Positions 56,130 through 61,166 of a stretch of 64,000 bases of DNA are shown here, piece after piece; the stretch's first letter is position 1, and every line of letters starts with the position of its first letter. The stretch is taken from IMG/VR virus record IMGVR_UViG_3300045988_155525; one strand, written 5' to 3'. The notes beneath the pieces are model-generated. The model had not been told where the DNA came from. It saw only the letters and a program-made list of their open reading frames with translations, and made no database searches. The DNA is from a virus. A program made the translations under genes and the position numbers.

Positions 56130-56990
56130 CCTTACTTTATATTTATTATATATATATATAAGTAATATATTGAAAAAATTTAGGTATTCAAATATACTCA
56201 TTTGTTGGGTGGTTTTTCAAAATAGGAGTATTTTTCTTATAGTATATATTATATATAATATAAATGAAATTTTTGAAGGTATGGTTTTATTAGTAGTTTT
56301 GAGTATGTTTTACATTTTGGGTATTTTTGTTTTAGTATATATTATATAAGAATTGGGAGAATTTTTGAAACTTGAGTGACTTTAAGTATATTTTTAAGAG
56401 TTGGCTTTTTATAGATTTTAGTATTCCCTATATATTATATATAATAGGGTAGGTTGGCTTTTGGGGTTGGTATATTAGGTACCTTTATTATTTTAGGTTT
56501 CATGTTCCTTGGTTATTTTTTGTTTTTAGTAAATACCTAAGCCTTAGTACATTAGTACTCTATATCAATTATTATAAAGGCCTAAAGTCCTAAAGACCGA
56601 TTAGGCTTAATATCTCCAAGGCCTATTAGGATATTCCTACCTTACCTTTACTTTATATTTATTATATATATATAATAAGGACTAAAAAAATTCTAAACTC
56701 TAAAAACCCAGCTACAATTGGAGTTTTCAAAAATGGCCTTATATAGGCCTATATAGAATATATTATATATAGGTATATAATTTATCTTACCTTTAATTCT
56801 ACTCTCTTATATAAATACCCATATATTAATCTTTATATACCTTTATACCCATATCCTTATATTATTATATTTAGTGAATATCCCATACTTCAAGGATTAT
56901 CAAAAAAAACCTGGCTACAATATGAGTTGGTTTTTTGAGCCTTATGTAGGCCGATATGGAATATATTATAAAGGGGTATGTAATAAAAAC
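56130..56990. repeat. Array of about 7 degenerate ~90-100-bp direct repeats, each carrying a TATATATTATATA-type AT core
   Basis: Cores at about 56147, 56246, 56337, 56430, 56661, 56759 and 56962. A 27-nt exact repeat ttactttatatttattatatatatata occurs at 56132 and 56648. Units of about 85 nt at 56696-56790 and 56903-56985 align at roughly 75% identity. Confidence 0.7.
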
Positions 56991-57075
56991 TCTATAAATT
57001 TAATTTATCCGAACCTTTATGGTTTATAAAAAAATGCAATATCGAAAATCTCAAAAAAATTTGCAGGGGAGCAAT

Positions 57076-57124
57076 ATTATTTATATATTTGCATAAACAA
57101 AAGGGAATTTAATTAATCACTAAA
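57076..57124 (+). repeat. Promoter-leader cassette copy D (-7 box at 57084-57091)
   Basis: 49 nt identical to copies B and C. TTTG at 57060-57063 lies 20 nt upstream of the -7 box. Confidence 0.85.
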
Positions 57125-57134
57125 AATTATCACT

Positions 57135-57353
57135 ATGGAAAACAAAAACATTTTTAAAAAACTTTTTGATTACATATATATGGGAAAGGACAATATTTTT
57201 AAAAAAATATGTCGCTATATATATTGGATTGGTCTTTGTATAAAACATTACACAAAGAAATTCTTTATTTATTGGATACCAAATATTTTTCATTTAAAAA
57301 GGGCATGGAAAAATAATTGGATATTTGATGCCGAAAATGATTTTATTCGGTAA
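57135..57353 (+). CDS. Small basic Trp-rich hypothetical protein
   Basis: ORF track. Driven by cassette copy D. Confidence 0.45.
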   Translation: MENKNIFKKLFDYIYMGKDNIFKKICRYIYWIGLCIKHYTKKFFIYWIPNIFHLKRAWKNNWIFDAENDFIR

Positions 57354-57363
57354 AAAAACTATG

Positions 57364-57395
57364 GGGGAGATTCAAAAAAATCTCCCCATTTATTT
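57364..57395 (+). terminator. Hairpin terminator
   Basis: ggggaga (57364-57370) pairs with tctcccc (57381-57387), followed by atttattt. Confidence 0.65.
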
Positions 57396-57416
57396 GCAAA
57401 TAACTCAAATCTCCCT

Positions 57417-57424
57417 TATATTTG
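57417..57424 (+). promoter_or_regulatory. -7 promoter box TATATTTG (cassette copy H)
   Basis: ctcccttatatttgcataacaaacaaaaaggaaat. Confidence 0.55.
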
Positions 57425-57515
57425 CATAACAAACAAAAAGGAAATAGAAAGGGTTAAAGAAATCCATAAAAATCTCCTTCCTATATTCCCTCCTAATAAA
57501 TAATAAAGGATTTTT

Positions 57516-57962
57516 ATGGTATATGCTATGGAAGAAATGGTTAAGGAAATGGTAAAAACCAATGAAGAGGTAAAAACCAATGCAAATGCCAAAAAGGCAA
57601 GGACAACTACCAAAAAAACCAATGCCAAACCTTCAGTATCGGATATCCTTAAAATAGGGAATACCATTTTAACATCCGAAAAGAATTCCAAACAAGGTAT
57701 ATATAAAAGGGAATTATTCTTGGATTGCAAGGATGATAAAGAAAAGAAAAGTTTACGTATCAAACTTAGACGTAAATTGAAAAACTTTTTGGGTGCATTC
57801 CTTCAAAATGAAAAGAATCCTGAAAAAATATCCGAAATCAAAAAGGAATGGCAAAACTATGCCAAACAGGTATATAATAATGTAGAAATTATTATGGATG
57901 GTAATACAAGCAATGATAATGCAGAACTTTGCAAAAGGTTTTTGAAGGCAATGAGTAAATAG
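57516..57962 (+). CDS. Basic hypothetical protein
   Basis: ORF track. Preferred over the antisense ORF 57416-57763 because of the promoter/terminator context. Confidence 0.45.
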   Translation: MVYAMEEMVKEMVKTNEEVKTNANAKKARTTTKKTNAKPSVSDILKIGNTILTSEKNSKQGIYKRELFLDCKDDKEKKSLRIKLRRKLKNFLGAFLQNEKNPEKISEIKKEWQNYAKQVYNNVEIIMDGNTSNDNAELCKRFLKAMSK

Positions 57963-57980
57963 GTAAGTAAAAGTTAAATA

Positions 57981-58024
57981 ATAGGGGATAGGTCTAGGTT
58001 TTAGATTTGTCCCCTATTTTTATT
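57981..58024 (+). terminator. Rho-independent terminator
   Basis: atagggga (57981-57988) pairs with tcccctat (58010-58017), followed by ttttatttt. Confidence 0.7.
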
Positions 58025-58376
58025 TTGAAAGGTTAAATAAAAGGGGATACCGTTCCCCCCTTTAAATACGTAGCCTTTTTTATCCCTAAGGGAGCCCCCT
58101 TTTTTTCCTTATATATCCTTTTTTTATAATTCCTATTAATCCTATCCTTATCTTTTTTAGTTCCCTTATTAAAAATCCTTCTTCTTATCATTGGGTAGTG
58201 ATTTTTTTTAATTTATAGGATTAACCTATTGAAGAGTATATTATAATAATCCTTATCCTTTTTTTATAAGGTAATTTATATTGTACTTTTATTATTGAAT
58301 AAATACCTCTTTTTATATATTTATTTTATTTGGTTTTTTTTGTGTTTGGGGTGGGTATGGGTATACACAAAAAAAT

Positions 58377-58404
58377 AGGTACCGAATTTCTCAATCAGGT
58401 ACCT
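58377..58404. promoter_or_regulatory. Pair of AGGTACC(G/T) palindromes, 20 bp centre to centre
   Basis: aggtaccg at 58377-58384 and aggtacct at 58397-58404. Same spacing as the pair at 55488-55515. Confidence 0.6.
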
Positions 58405-58485
58405 ATCCAAACTCATAAATTTTAAATCACTAATGCTATGGAACAAAGGATTGTTGTTACATATCCAAAGTAAAATAGTTGAATA

Positions 58486-58683
58486 TTATTTTTTTCTATT
58501 TACTAAAGCTAGGATGGCAGTTATTATTAATCCCAATATACCTATTGGAGATATTACCCATATACCAAACATAGTCATAGCATATCTGGTTTTATTTAGG
58601 GCTGAATCTTTCCTAACTACACTACTTACCCATAGAGTAAATAAAAAACCCAAAGAATATATTATTAGTAATGTTAAATACAT
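58486..58683 (-). CDS. Small two-TM membrane protein
   Basis: YLTLLIIYSLGFLFTLWVSSVV / FGIWVISPIGILGLIITAILALV, with a positive loop and tail. Last gene of a tightly packed minus-strand trio. Confidence 0.45.
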   Translation of the reverse strand: MYLTLLIIYSLGFLFTLWVSSVVRKDSALNKTRYAMTMFGIWVISPIGILGLIITAILALVNRKK

Positions 58684-58862
58684 AATAAAGTTATTATGAA
58701 GGTTAATATTAATAATTTTACTAGAAATTTACTAGACTCCTTTTTATATTGCTCTTTATCTTCTTCTTTTAATAAGTTATGAAGGCAAAATAAATCACCA
58801 ACACAATTTATTATTTTAGTCCAAAAGGCTGTATTTATTAAAAATCCCAATTTACCCCACAT
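58674..58862 (-). CDS. Small protein with a C-terminal TM segment
   Basis: FLVKLLILTFIITLLCI at the C-terminus. Its start abuts the stop of the upstream minus-strand gene. Confidence 0.4.
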   Translation of the reverse strand: MWGKLGFLINTAFWTKIINCVGDLFCLHNLLKEEDKEQYKKESSKFLVKLLILTFIITLLCI

Positions 58863-58863
58863 A

Positions 58864-59178
58864 TCATGATATCTTTTTGATTAGTTTATCTAATTTATGG
58901 TAAATAAGTAAGGTACTTTCTTTAGAACAAATCTTATACATGTTCTGGATTTTATTTAAAAGTTTGGGTATATTGGACTTGGCTAATAAAAAATCATATA
59001 ATTCCTGTGAAAATGGGGTTATGGTTACTGAATTACTGTTAATTGGTTTCAAATCTCTGTTCATTTTGATTTGGTTATCCAAATAATATACTTTATTTTC
59101 TACCTTAGTTATCTTACACCTTTCAAAATGGGCATAACCTGTTACAATAAATTCATCACCTACGTTTAATTTAGCCAT
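58864..59178 (-). CDS. Hypothetical soluble protein (first gene of the minus-strand cassette)
   Basis: ORF track. Divergent from the methyltransferase-like gene. Confidence 0.45.
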   Translation of the reverse strand: MAKLNVGDEFIVTGYAHFERCKITKVENKVYYLDNQIKMNRDLKPINSNSVTITPFSQELYDFLLAKSNIPKLLNKIQNMYKICSKESTLLIYHKLDKLIKKIS

Positions 59179-59264
59179 ATTTCTGTTGATTTATATTAAA
59201 ATTATCATAAGAATATAGAACTTTGCAATACCAGTTTGTATATTAATATATAAATTCTTATTCT

Positions 59265-60275
59265 ATGAAGACAAAATTGAGTGTATTAGGAGTATGTGGA
59301 GCTCAAGGAGCTTTATTATTCCCCTTTAGGAAACAATTGTTGGCTAATATTGAGCCAAGACCCATTTTTCATACTAAAAATGAAGAACAATGGAAGCTTA
59401 ATTTTAAAGATATTCCATTTTTAAGGAGTTTAGAACAGTATAATGGTCCTAATCCTGACATAATTTTGGGTTCTCCCTCCTGTGGACATAGTAGTGTATT
59501 CAGTTATTCAAGGAAAAAGAGGTTAGGAAACCCAAAAGAAGATAAAACCCTGAATTTGTTTGTGGAATCCATCCTAAAATTTAAGCCCAAAGTGTTTTTA
59601 TTAGAGAATTTACCCAAATTAATGGATGTTATACCTCAAAAAGATTGGGAAAAAACCTTACCTGGTTATAATATAATTACACATTGCCATTCGGTAATAG
59701 ATTTTGGTAACTCCCAAAAATCAAGAAAAAGATTAATTTTAATAGGGGCCAGAATTAATTCTAGAATATCAATAGAGAATTTTTTAAATATATTCCAAGT
59801 AACTACTCCACGATTAGTTTCTGAAATTCTAGAAAAGGTTAGAAATGATTATAATTTTAGAGAAGAACCAAATAAAGTTCTTAGTATGTATCATTATGCT
59901 GATAAAAGTAAGACTAACTTATCAGTTGAACAAGTTCAAAATTTATGGAATACAGAATTTAAAAATGAGTATAGGTGGCCAATGAAAAATCATAAGATGG
60001 TAACCTTACCAGGAGTATATAGAAATCAACTTAATAGTTACCCTTTAACCATAAGACCTGCTAATAGGCAATTTAATCCAGATGGTTCAATCATAGGTTT
60101 AGAGGACACTAGAATTATAATGGGTTTCCCTAAAAAATTTAAAGTGTATTTTGACCCAAATAATAGGACCTATTGGTTAAATAAAGGAAGAAATACTTTG
60201 GCAAAAGGTTCGGTATATGAGGTAGGGGTTTGGTTTAAAAAATGCCTTAGGATGGCAACCAAAACTAGGGCCTAG
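59265..60275 (+). CDS. DNA (cytosine-5)-methyltransferase-like protein, no cognate nuclease seen
   Basis: Motif I-like LGVCGAQGA, motif IV-like GSPSCGHSSVFS, motif VI LENLPKL, motif VIII QKSRKRLILIG, motif IX/X-like TRIIMGFPKKF and LAKGSVYEV. Confidence 0.55.
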   Translation: MKTKLSVLGVCGAQGALLFPFRKQLLANIEPRPIFHTKNEEQWKLNFKDIPFLRSLEQYNGPNPDIILGSPSCGHSSVFSYSRKKRLGNPKEDKTLNLFVESILKFKPKVFLLENLPKLMDVIPQKDWEKTLPGYNIITHCHSVIDFGNSQKSRKRLILIGARINSRISIENFLNIFQVTTPRLVSEILEKVRNDYNFREEPNKVLSMYHYADKSKTNLSVEQVQNLWNTEFKNEYRWPMKNHKMVTLPGVYRNQLNSYPLTIRPANRQFNPDGSIIGLEDTRIIMGFPKKFKVYFDPNNRTYWLNKGRNTLAKGSVYEVGVWFKKCLRMATKTRA

Positions 60276-60294
60276 AATCAATAAAAATACATAG

Positions 60295-60318
60295 TTATAT
60301 ATATTATAATATATATAA
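60295..60318. repeat. 24-bp perfect AT palindrome
   Basis: ttatatatattataatatatataa equals its own reverse complement (checked by hand). Confidence 0.9.
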
Positions 60319-60375
60319 AAAAAATTCACCAAATCCTAATCAAGTATATATACTATGTATATATAAAAAGTTCCC

Positions 60376-60387
60376 CGCGTATACGCG
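60376..60387. repeat. 12-bp perfect GC-flanked palindrome CGCGTATACGCG within ccccgcgtatacgcgcgcc
   Basis: Read directly. A conspicuous CG-rich oligomer in an AT-rich spacer. Confidence 0.9.
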
Positions 60388-60391
60388 CGCC

Positions 60392-60444
60392 AAATTACTT
60401 ATTTCCCCATAAAGGAAAAATAAGTAATTTCCTTTTATGGGAGG
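60392..60444 (+). other. Interleaved A-B-A'-B' complementary segments (pseudoknot-like or alternative hairpins)
   Basis: A aaattacttattt (60392-60404) pairs with A' aaataagtaattt (60418-60430). B ccccataaagg (60405-60415) pairs with B' ccttttatggg (60431-60441) with one bulged T. Confidence 0.6.
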
Positions 60445-60476
60445 AAAATAATAACAAATAAAGAAAGAAAAAAACT

Positions 60477-61160
60477 ATGAAAAACCAAATTAAAAATTTT
60501 TTAATAATCGGTACCTTAGCAATCTTAGGTATCCTAGTTTTTTTGTTAATAACTCAATCCAAAAAAATTGAGGATTTAAAAACCAAAAACAAATACCTTT
60601 CAAATACTACCGATACTGTGTATATTGAAAAACCTTTAAAGGTAGAACCTGAATATGTGTATATTGAAAAACCGAAATATATAACCAAATACCTAGAATC
60701 AGAACCAAAAGAAATAAAAGAAATTCAAATCATACATGATACTGTTAGAGTGTATACTGATAAGTTTACTTCATTTGATATATCTTCAGAATTCTTAACT
60801 AGATACCCAAATACCGATAGGTTAATACAATTACTATTTACTGATGATAATCTACAATTAAGCTTGTTAGATGTCAAAGGTAATGTATTCTCTAAAACTT
60901 ATGATATAAACACTGAACTATATTCATACAACTATGTTAACAATCAATTAAGTTGGAAAAGAAAACCATTCATTAAAAGATTTTCTCCAACATTGGGAAT
61001 AACCTATAGACCTATCAACAGTATGTATGATTTAAGTTTAGGCTTAAAATACAATACTAGAAAAATTAATTATGAAGTAGGTTTGAATTCCTTCTATTAC
61101 CCAAAATTTAAATCAGAATTAGGACTTGATGTATATTTGAGAATTAGTTACAACTTTTAG
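60477..61160 (+). CDS. Membrane/envelope protein with N-terminal anchor and beta-rich C-terminal half ending in Phe (OMP-like)
   Basis: N-terminal FLIIGTLAILGILVFLLI. Alternating-polarity strands ...LGITYRPINSMYDLSLGLKYNTRKINYEVGLNSFYY...LGLDVYLRISYNF*. Confidence 0.35.
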   Translation: MKNQIKNFLIIGTLAILGILVFLLITQSKKIEDLKTKNKYLSNTTDTVYIEKPLKVEPEYVYIEKPKYITKYLESEPKEIKEIQIIHDTVRVYTDKFTSFDISSEFLTRYPNTDRLIQLLFTDDNLQLSLLDVKGNVFSKTYDINTELYSYNYVNNQLSWKRKPFIKRFSPTLGITYRPINSMYDLSLGLKYNTRKINYEVGLNSFYYPKFKSELGLDVYLRISYNF

Positions 61161-61166
61161 TAAGCC

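Noticed and set aside
56130-56990. Possible CRISPR array in the repeat-rich non-coding region
   Set aside because: The repeats are degenerate (about 75% identity), about 90-100 bp long and without unique spacers of regular size. There is no leader/cas context.
57416-57763. ORF 57416-57763 (-)
   Set aside because: It is antisense to ORF 57516-57962, which has an upstream TATATTTG promoter (57417) and a downstream terminator (57981). The minus ORF would begin inside that gene and end in its promoter.
58433-58699. ORF 58433-58699 (+)
   Set aside because: It competes with minus-strand ORF 58486-58683. The minus ORF has clean two-TM topology and is tightly packed with two further minus-strand genes. 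This call remains uncertain.
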